The notes: a model not told the origin generated them from the letters alone. DNA of 32,016 bases from Labilibaculum sp. (GCA_016743925.1 JADGFH010000002.1:1-32016); one strand, 5' to 3'. Positions 7,028 through 17,230 are shown, counted from the first letter of the stretch. A program made the numbers and translations.

Positions 7028-10000
7028 ATGAAGAGATTAGTTATTATATATATCTGTGTACTGTTATCTACAATAAATGTTTTTGCTCAAAAAAAGGAGA
7101 TGACGAGTGCCCCTTCTCGTGATTTGCTTGATCATTCGATCTTTTTTGTTGGAGATATTGGAGAAGGGCCTATTGTTGATGCAAATATCAATATGTTGAA
7201 GCGTCAAATGAATAAGGTGAATGAAAAAGGGACTGTTGTTTTTCTTGGTAATTCAATTTCTAAAGAATACGCAAAGGAAACTATTGAAGAGATAGATGCA
7301 GGAGATCCACATTTAGTTAGTTTGTTGAATTCGATTAAGGATTTTTCAGGAGAACTTATTTTTATTCCTGGAGAAAAAGAGTGGAATCAAGGCAGAAAGC
7401 ATGGTTGGGAAGCCTTAATGAATTTAGAAACGTTTGTTGAAGATTATCTTGATCGAGGAGATGTTTTTCTTCCATCAGGTGGATGTCCGGGCCCAATTGA
7501 AATTGATTTAACAGGTGAGGTTGTATTGCTAATTGTGGATTCGCAATGGTGGTTGCATTTAGGAGATAAGCCAGAGGCTGAATGTGGTTTAGAAAATACC
7601 TCAGATTTTTTAATATTACTTAGTGATGCGATAAAACGAAATAAGAATAAGAAGATTGTATTTGCGTCGCACCATCCAGTTTATAGTGCAGGAAATCATG
7701 GTGGTAATTTCGCTTTTCCTGGACCTGTTGAATTGTATCGAAAGTTATTCGGAACTTCACAGGATTTTGCTTATCCTTTTTACAAGCAAATGAGATATAT
7801 GGCTCGTAAAATTGGTGTTGGACATGATAATCTCATTAGTGTATCTGCTCACGATAACAGTTTACAGTTTGCGAGAAAAGACGGTTCTTTCTTTGTTGTT
7901 TCTGGTTCGGGAAGTAAGAGTGAATATGTATCTCAGAAAAAAATGGATGTTGCTCTTCGTAAAGTTGGGTTCACACGTTTAAATTTTTATTCGAATAATG
8001 AAGTTTGGTTAGAATTTTGGACATTAGGCGAGAATGGAAATGAAGAAGAGCATTTAGCTTATAGAGAAAAGTTGTATACCAAGGATGTGCAATCTGATGA
8101 AGATTTACTTGAGAAATATAAAGAAATTAGTTTTACAGATAGCACAATAACCATAGCTGCTAGTCAATTTTACAGGACAGATAGTAAACTAAAGAAGAAA
8201 TTTTTGGGAACCAATTATCGAAAAGATTGGGCAACGCCAATTAAAGTTCCAGTGTTTGATATTGGAACAGAAAAAGGAGGCTTAAAAATTTTAAAAAGAG
8301 GAGGAGGACAACAAACTCGTTCCTTGCGATTAGAGGCCGCTGATAGAAAACAATACGTATTACGATCTGTAGAAAAATACACAGAGAGAGCTATTCCCGC
8401 TGGACTTCAAGGAACTTTAGTAGCTAAAATTGTACAAGATGGAATTTCAGAATCCTATCCTTATGCAGCATTGGCAGTTCCTAAAATGGCAAAAGCGCTT
8501 GGTGTTTATCATACAAACCCTAAAATTGTTTATGTGCCAGATGATCCCAGATTTGGTATTTACCAAGATGGATTTAAAAATGGATTGTTTTTATTCGAAG
8601 AACGACCTAAAGGAGATATGTCTGGATGGGATAATTTTGGTAATTCCAAAAGTATCTTGAGTACTGATAAATTACTTGCTAAAAGATTTAAGAATTCAGA
8701 TCTGCAAATTGATGAAACTGCGGTCCTAAGAGCTCGTTTGTTTGATATTTTTTTGAACGATTGGGATAGACACGATGATCAGTGGAGATGGGCAACATTT
8801 AAGAAAGATGGAAAAACCATTGCCAGACCAATTCCTCGTGATCGTGATCAGGTTTTCTTTTACAGTGATGGAGCAATTCCATGGTTAATTAGAAGAAAAT
8901 GGGCTATGCCAAAATTTCAAGCCTTCGATTCGATTGTTGAAAATGTTGTTGGCTTAGGATTTAATGCACGTTATTTCGATCGAAATTTTTTGCAATCTCG
9001 AGAAAAAGAGGATTGGATCAAAATGGCTGAGGAACTAAAGTCGAAATTATCTGATGAGCTTATTGAAGAATCGATTAAAGGTTTACCAAAGGAAGTTTAT
9101 GAGATTTCAGGATTGGAAATTATAGCAAAATTAAAAGCACGAAGAGAACAATTGTCAGATTTAGCTGAAGAGTTTTATTCTTTTTTAGCAAAGGATGTTG
9201 ATGTTACAGGAACGAATGATCAGGAACAATTTGACATTAACTGGTTGGCAGATGGACAATTAAAAGTGGAGACGCATCGATTAAGCAAAAAAGGAAATAA
9301 GAAGGAATTGCTCTATAGTCGAACATTTAAGAAAGAAGAAACAAATGAGGTTAGAATTTTTGGCTTAGATGGAAAGGACCGGTTCGAACTTAAAGGGAAT
9401 AAGGAGAATGGAATAAAACTTAGAATTGTTGGTGGAAAAGGAAAAGATAAATTTAAGTTGAAGGAGACCAAAAGACAAAATCTAAGCTTATACGATAAAA
9501 AGAAAACAAGTATTAAAGGAGATGGTGAATTTAAGAATAAGCTTGGGAAGAGTTCAGAAGTAAATAACTACAATCGTAAATCGTTTAAATACGATGTGGT
9601 AAGTCCTAATGTGAATCTTAATTTTGTAAGTGATGACGGATTGATATTGGGGGCAGGAGTAAATGTAAAAAAACAAGGATTTAATAAAGAACCATACGGA
9701 GTACTGCATAAATTTATAACCAATTATGCTTTTGCATATCCTTCTGTAGAAGTAAAATATTCAGGCGAATTTAGACAAGTTTTTAGAAAAACGGATTTCT
9801 TAGCGGATGTACAATACAACACACCAAATTTTCAAGGGTATTATTACGGTTTTGGTAATGAAACGAAAAATGTAAAAAGTGATGATGATCGTTACAACCG
9901 AATTCGAATGGCTCGATTTGAGTTTAATTCGAGCTTTAGGAGATGGATTGGTAAAAATCATAGTATTGCCATTGGTGCCTTTTATCAGCAATTAAAACTG

Positions 10001-10645
10001 AAAGCTACACCAGAACGATTTGTTACAGATTTTTCAAATCCGGATAACAATTTGAATTTGTTAACAGATTTTAGTGCTAGAAAATATTTGGGACTTAAGA
10101 TAAATTATTTATGGGATTCTCGTGATAGTAAGATTGTTCCTTCTCGAGGGATTTATTGGTCTTCATCTTGGAAATACTATAAAGGACTAGAAGATAATGA
10201 TCGTAATTTCCAAAAGATGGAGACTGATTTGCGAATGTACATGAGTTTTGGTAGACCTCAGCGAACCATTTTAGCGATGCGATTTGGAGCTGCTCACAAT
10301 ACCAATGGATACTCTTTTGCTCAAGCAAATAGATTGGGATTAAAATCAAATTTAAGAGGGTATCGACAAGAGCGTTTTGCAGGAGATGATATGGTTTATC
10401 AAAACTCAGATTTAAGACTTCGTCTTGCTCGTTTTAAATCTTATTTGGTTAATGGCGAATTTGGAGTTCTTGGATTTAATGATTTTGGACGTGTATGGGT
10501 TGAAGATGAGAAATCGAATAAATGGCATCATGGTTACGGTGGTGGATTTTGGTTTACACCTTATAAATTAATGGTGGTTACTGCTAATTTTAGTCACTCA
10601 GTTGAAGATGATATTTTCTCAATTGAATTCAAATACATGTTTTAA
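7028..10645 (+). CDS. Omp85/BamA-TamA family outer membrane protein with N-terminal metallophosphoesterase-like domain and central kinase-like region
   Basis: Signal peptide; GDIG / DSQWW / HHPVYS / VSGSGSK phosphoesterase-fold motifs; central GGGQQT..YVLRSVEK..DWDRHDDQW..RDRDQVF; C-terminal barrel with LRGY loop-6 motif, DFGRVW, GYGGG and terminal Phe. Confidence 0.8.
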   Translation: MKRLVIIYICVLLSTINVFAQKKEMTSAPSRDLLDHSIFFVGDIGEGPIVDANINMLKRQMNKVNEKGTVVFLGNSISKEYAKETIEEIDAGDPHLVSLLNSIKDFSGELIFIPGEKEWNQGRKHGWEALMNLETFVEDYLDRGDVFLPSGGCPGPIEIDLTGEVVLLIVDSQWWLHLGDKPEAECGLENTSDFLILLSDAIKRNKNKKIVFASHHPVYSAGNHGGNFAFPGPVELYRKLFGTSQDFAYPFYKQMRYMARKIGVGHDNLISVSAHDNSLQFARKDGSFFVVSGSGSKSEYVSQKKMDVALRKVGFTRLNFYSNNEVWLEFWTLGENGNEEEHLAYREKLYTKDVQSDEDLLEKYKEISFTDSTITIAASQFYRTDSKLKKKFLGTNYRKDWATPIKVPVFDIGTEKGGLKILKRGGGQQTRSLRLEAADRKQYVLRSVEKYTERAIPAGLQGTLVAKIVQDGISESYPYAALAVPKMAKALGVYHTNPKIVYVPDDPRFGIYQDGFKNGLFLFEERPKGDMSGWDNFGNSKSILSTDKLLAKRFKNSDLQIDETAVLRARLFDIFLNDWDRHDDQWRWATFKKDGKTIARPIPRDRDQVFFYSDGAIPWLIRRKWAMPKFQAFDSIVENVVGLGFNARYFDRNFLQSREKEDWIKMAEELKSKLSDELIEESIKGLPKEVYEISGLEIIAKLKARREQLSDLAEEFYSFLAKDVDVTGTNDQEQFDINWLADGQLKVETHRLSKKGNKKELLYSRTFKKEETNEVRIFGLDGKDRFELKGNKENGIKLRIVGGKGKDKFKLKETKRQNLSLYDKKKTSIKGDGEFKNKLGKSSEVNNYNRKSFKYDVVSPNVNLNFVSDDGLILGAGVNVKKQGFNKEPYGVLHKFITNYAFAYPSVEVKYSGEFRQVFRKTDFLADVQYNTPNFQGYYYGFGNETKNVKSDDDRYNRIRMARFEFNSSFRRWIGKNHSIAIGAFYQQLKLKATPERFVTDFSNPDNNLNLLTDFSARKYLGLKINYLWDSRDSKIVPSRGIYWSSSWKYYKGLEDNDRNFQKMETDLRMYMSFGRPQRTILAMRFGAAHNTNGYSFAQANRLGLKSNLRGYRQERFAGDDMVYQNSDLRLRLARFKSYLVNGEFGVLGFNDFGRVWVEDEKSNKWHHGYGGGFWFTPYKLMVVTANFSHSVEDDIFSIEFKYMF

Positions 10646-10678
10646 GTAGTATTTTGCAGAAAAAGTAAAACGAAATAA

Positions 10679-11080
10679 ATGGATAACGAAAAGCCTGATT
10701 TGAAAGATGGTCGTATTTTATTGGTTGAGGACGATTTTGTAAATGGCAAGATTATATCGCGTCTTTTAGAGATGGATAACATTCCAACTGATTGGGTCAA
10801 GAATGGGAAGGAGGCTATCGACTTTTATCTTAAGAACAAGGATTCTGTCTTGATGGTTTTTATGGATTTACAAATGCCAATAGTAGATGGTTATAAGGCA
10901 ACTGTAGGTTTAAGAGAAAATGGCTTTATGAGACCAATTGTAGCTATGACTGCAAATGCATTTTCTAATGATAATATAAAATCAAAGGAAGCAGGTATGA
11001 ATGATTTTCTACTGAAGCCTGTTTCGAAAATGGATTTGTTCATGATGATAGAGAAATGGGTTAATATAGACAAAAAATAA
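10679..11080 (+). CDS. Single-domain response regulator (receiver)
   Basis: ILLVEDD, FMDLQMPIVDG, AMTA, KP receiver motifs all intact; no output domain. Confidence 0.9.
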   Translation: MDNEKPDLKDGRILLVEDDFVNGKIISRLLEMDNIPTDWVKNGKEAIDFYLKNKDSVLMVFMDLQMPIVDGYKATVGLRENGFMRPIVAMTANAFSNDNIKSKEAGMNDFLLKPVSKMDLFMMIEKWVNIDKK

Positions 11081-11117
11081 ATTTGATAGTAGTAACTGTA
11101 AAAACTACTTATTCCAT

Positions 11118-11125
11118 TATTTTTG
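11118..11125 (+). promoter_or_regulatory. Candidate -7 promoter element for topB
   Basis: TATTTTTG matches TAnnTTTG, 68 bp upstream of the topB ATG. Confidence 0.4.
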
Positions 11126-11193
11126 TAGACATAATTAGAAAAAATAGATTAATGGTCAGGAATACTTTGACTAAAAAAATAGAAGATTAACGC

Positions 11194-13557
11194 ATGATAG
11201 TTTGTATAGCCGAGAAACCAAGTGTAGCACGTGAAATTGCCCTAATTTTAGGTGCAAAGAGTAAAAGAGATGGATATTTCGAAGGGAATGGTTATCAGGT
11301 TTCATGGACTTTTGGACATTTATGTGGCTTAAAAGAGCCTCATGAGTACGATCTGAATTGGAAGTATTGGCATATGAATGACTTGCCTCTAATACCTCCT
11401 CGCTTTGGAATTAGGGTAATTGATGATACTGGAGTACAAAAGCAATTTGATACCCTCGAAAAATTAATTTCTAATGCTACAGAAGTTATAAATTGTGGTG
11501 ATGCTGGTCAAGAAGGAGAGGTGATTCAACGTTGGGTTTTACACAAAGCAAAATGCAATGTGCCAATTAAACGACTTTGGATTTCGTCTCTTACAGAAGA
11601 GGCCATTCGAGATGGATTCAAGAACCTTCGAGATGGAAAAGAGTTTGACAAGTTGTATGCTGCAGGATCGTCGCGAGCAATTGGTGACTGGTTATTAGGA
11701 ATAAATGCAACTCGACTTTATACATTGAAATATGCCAATGGGAAATCGGTACTTTCTATTGGTCGCGTGCAAACGCCTACATTGGCATTGATTGTGAATC
11801 GCCAAAAAGAAATTGAAAATTTCAAACCACAGACTTACTGGGAATTAAAAACAACATATAGAGAGGTTAGCTTTGCGGTTACTCGAGGGAGATTTGACAA
11901 AAAGGAAGAAGGAGTTGGATTTTTAGATAAGATCAAATCTGAGCCTTTCGAAATTGTCTCAGTAGCAAAAAAGAGTGGGAAAGAACAACCACCTCGTTTG
12001 TACGATTTAACTTCATTGCAGGTTGATTGTAACCGTAAACTAAATTTATCAGCCGAAGATACGCTTCGTATGATTCAAAGCCTATATGAAAAGAAATTAA
12101 CTACTTATCCGAGGGTTGATACAACTTATCTTACCGATGATCTTTATAAAAAGATACCAGGAATTCTTAAGAAATTAACACCCTTTAGTGAATTTACCGA
12201 ACCATTATTAAAAGATAAAATCAAAAAAACTAAAAAGGTTTTTGATGATAAAAAGGTAACTGATCACCATGCAATTATACCTACGGGGGTTTTACCATCA
12301 GGCTTAACCTACGATGAAAAACAGGTTTATGATATTGTTACTCGTCGTTTTATATCTGTGTTTTATCCTGATTGTAAGGTGAGTCATACTACGGTTTTAG
12401 GAAAAGTAACAACCATTGATTTTAAGGCTACTGGTAAGCAGATTTTGGAACCAGGATGGAGAGTTTTGTATGCAAAAGATAGTAATGTTGGAGAAGGAGT
12501 AATTCTTCCTGCTTTTGTTAAAGGAGAGAGTGGAGAGCATAAGCCAGACTTGGCAGAAAAGCAAACTCAGGCGCCTAAATTTTATTCGGAAGCTACCTTG
12601 CTTCGTGCTATGGAAACAGCTGGTAAACATGTAGATGATGATGAGCTGAGAGATTTGATGAAGGAGAATGGAATTGGTCGTCCTTCAACACGTGCAAATA
12701 TTATTGAGACCTTGTTTAAAAGGAAGTATATAAAGCGCGAAAAGAAACGTTTAGAAGCTACTATTACCGGAGTTCAGTTGATTGATACTATTCAGAATGA
12801 AATGCTTAAATCAGCAGAGTTAACGGGGCAGTGGGAGAAGAAACTACGTGAGATTGAGCTTGGCAATTATGAAGTCAATCAATTTATGGCAGAGTTGAAG
12901 AATATGGTTGTTGGTATTGTTTGGGATGTGAAATCTCGCAAGAATATCAGTCAAATTGAAGTGATAGATGAAGAAAAAGAAAAGGCTAGAAAAAAGGCAG
13001 AAGCAAAAGCGAAGCCAAAAGAAAAGAAAGAGCTGACTTGCCCGAAATGTAAGGAAGGGAAAATATTAAAAGGGAAATCTGCTTGGGGATGTACCAATTG
13101 GGGGAACGATTGTAAAATCAGAATTCCTTTTGAATATGCAGGTAAAAAGCTAACGGATAAACAAGTTGAAGCTTTGGTGTTAAAGCTAAAAACACCTAAA
13201 ATTAAAGGGTTTGATATTGATGGAAAAAAGCAAAATGGGCACTTGGCCTTTGCTCCCGATTTTAATATCGATTTTATAGGAGATGAACCAGAAGTTTGGA
13301 CTTGCCCTGTATGTAAAACAGGTACGTTACTAAAAGGAAATGCTGCTTTCGGATGTTCCAATTACAGGAATGGTTGTAAGTTCATTGTACCATTCGTATT
13401 TATGGAGAAAAAAATGACCGAAGCCCAAATAAAATCATTGGCTACGCAAGGAAAAACGGGATTAATTAAAGGCTTTATAGATCCTCAATCGAAAGAAACT
13501 GTAAATGGGAAATTGATTTTAGATAACCAAGGGAAGATTATCTTTGGGAGGCAGTAA
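11194..13557 (+). CDS. topB: DNA topoisomerase III (type IA)
   Basis: IAEKPSVA, GDAGQEGE, SIGRVQTPTL, TYPRVD catalytic Tyr, DHHAIIPT, GIGRPSTRA; two C-terminal Cys4 zinc-ribbon repeats (CPKC, CPVC). Confidence 0.93.
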   Translation: MIVCIAEKPSVAREIALILGAKSKRDGYFEGNGYQVSWTFGHLCGLKEPHEYDLNWKYWHMNDLPLIPPRFGIRVIDDTGVQKQFDTLEKLISNATEVINCGDAGQEGEVIQRWVLHKAKCNVPIKRLWISSLTEEAIRDGFKNLRDGKEFDKLYAAGSSRAIGDWLLGINATRLYTLKYANGKSVLSIGRVQTPTLALIVNRQKEIENFKPQTYWELKTTYREVSFAVTRGRFDKKEEGVGFLDKIKSEPFEIVSVAKKSGKEQPPRLYDLTSLQVDCNRKLNLSAEDTLRMIQSLYEKKLTTYPRVDTTYLTDDLYKKIPGILKKLTPFSEFTEPLLKDKIKKTKKVFDDKKVTDHHAIIPTGVLPSGLTYDEKQVYDIVTRRFISVFYPDCKVSHTTVLGKVTTIDFKATGKQILEPGWRVLYAKDSNVGEGVILPAFVKGESGEHKPDLAEKQTQAPKFYSEATLLRAMETAGKHVDDDELRDLMKENGIGRPSTRANIIETLFKRKYIKREKKRLEATITGVQLIDTIQNEMLKSAELTGQWEKKLREIELGNYEVNQFMAELKNMVVGIVWDVKSRKNISQIEVIDEEKEKARKKAEAKAKPKEKKELTCPKCKEGKILKGKSAWGCTNWGNDCKIRIPFEYAGKKLTDKQVEALVLKLKTPKIKGFDIDGKKQNGHLAFAPDFNIDFIGDEPEVWTCPVCKTGTLLKGNAAFGCSNYRNGCKFIVPFVFMEKKMTEAQIKSLATQGKTGLIKGFIDPQSKETVNGKLILDNQGKIIFGRQ

Positions 13558-13560
13558 ATC

Positions 13561-13583
13561 CCAAGGAGGTTTTGCCCCCTTGG
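13561..13583 (-). terminator. Hairpin between convergent topB and sixA
   Basis: Minus strand CCAAGGGGG-CAAAA-CCTCCTTGG, 9-bp stem with one G-U pair; weak U tail. Confidence 0.45.
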
Positions 13584-13598
13584 AATTATAAATAAAAT

Positions 13599-14102
13599 CT
13601 ATACTTCTTTATATTTTTTAGGATATTCGTAAAAGGAAAGCTTCCATGTTCTAACTTCAATATCAGTCCATTCTTCAATGTCAAACTCAATACCAATTAC
13701 GGTACAAGTTGGTACTGATTCATAAAATTCTTCGGTAAGATTAAATGCTAAGTATTCAATGCTCGGATTGTGCCCAACAATCATAACTGTTTCGTGATCT
13801 TTTCCTAATTGATCAAGCATGCCTAAAAATTCATGAGTTGTAAAGCCATCATACAGGTCATCAATTTTCTCTATCATTTCAGTCGGATATTTTAAGATAT
13901 CCGCAAAGAGTAGAGTCGTTTCAATAGCTCTGTTAGCTGGACTCGATATAATTAAATTAGGAATAAGGTTTTTTAACAACAGCTTGTTTGCAATCAACTT
14001 AGAATCATTAATACCTCTCTCTTTCAGGCTACGCTGATAGTCGGTAATATCATATCGAATCATTTCAGTTTTAGCGTGTCGAACAAGAATAAGTCGTTTC
14101 AT
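13599..14102 (-). CDS. sixA: SixA-family histidine phosphatase
   Basis: LVRHAK, RSLKERG, ISSPANRAIET, IVGHNP motifs; 20 bp downstream of ppk1. Confidence 0.88.
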   Translation of the reverse strand: MKRLILVRHAKTEMIRYDITDYQRSLKERGINDSKLIANKLLLKNLIPNLIISSPANRAIETTLLFADILKYPTEMIEKIDDLYDGFTTHEFLGMLDQLGKDHETVMIVGHNPSIEYLAFNLTEEFYESVPTCTVIGIEFDIEEWTDIEVRTWKLSFYEYPKKYKEV

Positions 14103-14122
14103 GGGCTGTGGGTTTTTGTTTA

Positions 14123-16231
14123 TTATAAGATCTGATTTTTATTCATTTGCTTGGGCTTCCTAGCAGTTTCCTTTTTGTTTAGATATTCGGTTATTTCAAG
14201 TTGAGATTGAATTAATTTATCATTTCCGTTAATTGGTATTGGAAGGTTGTTGAGTTTACTATCCAACATGCGGGCGCTTACATTATCTTTTAATTGAATG
14301 TTGATAATATCCAATACTTCTTTTTTGATTTTAAGATCCTGAATTGGAAAAGCGCACTCAATTCTTCTGTGAAGGTTTCGATTCATCCAATCGGCAGAGG
14401 ATAGGTACAATAAATCTTCTCCATTGTTATGGAAATAGAAGGCACGCGCATGTTCTAAATACTGATCGACAATACGAATAACTCGAATGTTTTTCGCGTA
14501 AGTTTTGTTGGGTTTTAAGCAGCAAATACCTCTAATTATTAAATCTATTTTTACTCCTTTTTCGCTAGCTTCGTATAATTTGGCAATCATATTTCTTTCT
14601 TGAAGGCCATTCATTTTAAGAATGATATGGCCTTTGCTGCCATTTTTCACATTTTCAATTTCTTGATCAATTAAGGCGGTAAGACCAGAGCGTAAATTAA
14701 ACTTACCAACCATAAGTTTTTTAAACTCATAGCCTGGAGTTTGATTTTCTAAATAATCGAAAAGCTGTTTCAGTTCAGATATTATAACTTCATCGGAAGT
14801 GAACAAACCATGATCCGCATAAATTTTTGCTGTTTTCTCGTTAAAATTGCCGGTACTTAAAAAAGCGTAATCTTTTTTATCGCCTTTTCGAACTATCATT
14901 GCTATTTTAGCGTGTACTTTTAAACCAGGAATACTGTCAATAATTGTTACCCCGGCCTTTCGCATTTCTCGTGCCGATTTAAGATTGGCTTCTTCGTCGA
15001 AACGTGCTTTTACCTCAACAAAAACAGTTACTTTCTTCCCGTTTAATGCAGCATTGATTAATGCATTTACAACAGCCGAATTATCTGCAACACGATATTG
15101 AGTAGCTTTTATTTCTTCCACTTTAGGATCGATGGCAGCCTCGTTTAAAAAACGTATTACATATTCGTACGATTGATATGGGAAATGGAGAATATGATCC
15201 TTTTTACCGATGGTTTTAAATACAGATTTATTCATCTGCAAAGCTTTCACTTTCATAGGTGGAGTTGATACTCGTTCCAGTTCTGGTTGTTTAGGATTCG
15301 GAAATCCAAAGAAATCCTGAAAGTTATGATAGCGTGCACCTTTAACCATGTTATTACCAACTAGGTTAAAAGAATCTTTTAAGAATTTCAAAAAATCTTT
15401 TGGAATACTTTCATCATACAAAAAGCGGGAAGGAGACCCAATTTCCCGTTTTTTAAGACTGCTTTCAATTAATTTAATCAAGTCGCCTGAATATTCGTCT
15501 TCAATTAACAAATCGGCATCTCTACTTAGCTTAAAGCTATAGCTCGAATCGATTTTATAGCCAGGAAACAAAACTTTCATCCTTTTCTTAATGATATCAT
15601 CGAGAAACATGATGTAATGTTTGCCATCTTTTTCAGGTAGTTCAATAAATCGAGCAAAACGATGACTCGGAACCTTTATAATGGCATATCGAGCTCTACG
15701 AACCTTGGGTGTACCTTCTTCTTCTTTTTTGCTTCTCTTTTTATAGAGCTTTACAGCAATGTAAACTACGTTGTTTTGCAGAAAGGGTTGAATCTGCTTT
15801 TTAAGCAGAAGCATCGGTTGCGCGTGTGGCAATAAATTATCGAGAAAGTAATCTTTTACAAATTGATGATGTTCATCACTTAACTCTTCGTCACGATATA
15901 GAATAATATTGTTCTCTTTTAATGCAGGTATGATATCTTGGGTGAAAACCTGACCAAATTTATTTTGTTGGAGATCTACCTCTGTATTAATGTTTTTTAG
16001 AATTGCATCTGGGTTTTCTCTTAAATTAGATTTGTCCTCTGCTGGCAATTCGGTAAAGCGTTTGTAGGTTCCAACCCGAACTCGATAAAATTCATCTAGG
16101 TTAGAAGAGTAAATTGCAAGGAATTTTATTCTTTCGTAGAGGGGAAGATTTGGGTTAGCTGCCTCTTCAAGAACTCTTTTATTGAAGGACAACCAACTTA
16201 AATCTCTATTAAGGAACTGATATTTTGGCAT
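14123..16231 (-). CDS. ppk1: Polyphosphate kinase 1
   Basis: NRDLSWLSFNKRVL, SSNLDEFYRVRV, LHFPYQSY, VEVKARFDEEAN, KVHAK, STGNFN, RGICCL, YLEHAR, SADWMNRNL. Confidence 0.97.
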   Translation of the reverse strand: MPKYQFLNRDLSWLSFNKRVLEEAANPNLPLYERIKFLAIYSSNLDEFYRVRVGTYKRFTELPAEDKSNLRENPDAILKNINTEVDLQQNKFGQVFTQDIIPALKENNIILYRDEELSDEHHQFVKDYFLDNLLPHAQPMLLLKKQIQPFLQNNVVYIAVKLYKKRSKKEEEGTPKVRRARYAIIKVPSHRFARFIELPEKDGKHYIMFLDDIIKKRMKVLFPGYKIDSSYSFKLSRDADLLIEDEYSGDLIKLIESSLKKREIGSPSRFLYDESIPKDFLKFLKDSFNLVGNNMVKGARYHNFQDFFGFPNPKQPELERVSTPPMKVKALQMNKSVFKTIGKKDHILHFPYQSYEYVIRFLNEAAIDPKVEEIKATQYRVADNSAVVNALINAALNGKKVTVFVEVKARFDEEANLKSAREMRKAGVTIIDSIPGLKVHAKIAMIVRKGDKKDYAFLSTGNFNEKTAKIYADHGLFTSDEVIISELKQLFDYLENQTPGYEFKKLMVGKFNLRSGLTALIDQEIENVKNGSKGHIILKMNGLQERNMIAKLYEASEKGVKIDLIIRGICCLKPNKTYAKNIRVIRIVDQYLEHARAFYFHNNGEDLLYLSSADWMNRNLHRRIECAFPIQDLKIKKEVLDIINIQLKDNVSARMLDSKLNNLPIPINGNDKLIQSQLEITEYLNKKETARKPKQMNKNQIL

Positions 16232-16364
16232 ATGTAATTTGCTAAAGTGTATTTATCTGTTCAGATAAAATTAAGCAAATTTTTGATTCCTTAGATAATA
16301 AATTGGAGCTTAAACAAGAGTATTTGGTAAAGATGTGGTGAATAAAATCTTATTTAGTACTTAT

Positions 16365-16832
16365 CTAACTCCATTTAGTAGAAATAGGAACGTCGGCAAA
16401 GTTTAATCTTTTAAACAGATCGGTAAAAGCATCACCTTTTTTAATGGTTATTTTGTGTTTGATACCATCGGTAAATTCAAAATGTAATTTGGCAATGTTT
16501 TTTGATTCTCTAATACGAAGCGCTTTAATTTCCCGAAATGCATATTCCTGCCCATCTATATGCTTGTGTTGTTTGTATTTTAGCCAAGAAACAATAGCTA
16601 AAATAAAGAAGACAATAATAAGGGATGAGAAGAATAATACGTCGTTCTTTTCTTCATTAATATGTGCATTGTATAAGTTCAATGAGCTCGATATAAGCAT
16701 AATTGGGACAAGGAAAATTGGTAATATAAAACTCTGCATGTTCTTCTCAAAGCTCAGTTTTGTGTAGGAATAATGAATAAGTCCATTGACCGAAAAGCGG
16801 GCTTTTAATACCTGGTAGGTTGATGCTCCCAT
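16365..16832 (-). CDS. Hypothetical two-TM membrane protein
   Basis: 155-aa ORF with two hydrophobic segments and a short beta-rich basic tail; -7-like element upstream. Confidence 0.65.
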   Translation of the reverse strand: MGASTYQVLKARFSVNGLIHYSYTKLSFEKNMQSFILPIFLVPIMLISSSLNLYNAHINEEKNDVLFFSSLIIVFFILAIVSWLKYKQHKHIDGQEYAFREIKALRIRESKNIAKLHFEFTDGIKHKITIKKGDAFTDLFKRLNFADVPISTKWS

Positions 16833-16877
16833 TTTAAACTAAATTAAGTTATACAGTAGTGTGCGATTATGTTTTGA

Positions 16878-16885
16878 CAAATATA
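16878..16885 (-). promoter_or_regulatory. Candidate -7 promoter element
   Basis: Minus-strand TATATTTG matches TAnnTTTG, 45 bp upstream of the 16832 start. Confidence 0.45.
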
Positions 16886-17230
16886 CGAAATGTTTGTTTC
16901 ATTGGTTAACCAAAATGAAGTATTTATGATTAAATACGTGGAAGGCTTTGTTTATGCGGAGTTCGAGTAGTTTTTAATTCTTCTTTACGTGCATGATTTG
17001 TTCTTGTAATTATTAATAATCATTCGTGTTTTTGCTGTAACCTCACTGATATTTCACTTAATCTGTTGAAATAAAGCGAGTAAGGGGGTGCGGGTAGTGC
17101 GTTCGTATTTTTTGAATCTAATTAAATGATATCATAATAAAATAATGAAAAATAAATTATGTTGTTTGATAATAATTTGTAACTTAGAGAGGAGTTATAA
17201 AAAACCCAATTATTATTTTAAAAATAAAAT

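Noticed and set aside
13036-13500. Internal repeat in topB C-terminus
   Set aside because: Ordinary duplicated zinc-ribbon/C-terminal repeats of type IA topoisomerases
11194-13557. topB as marker of a conjugative element
   Set aside because: No tra, relaxase or integrase genes; flanked by chromosomal housekeeping genes
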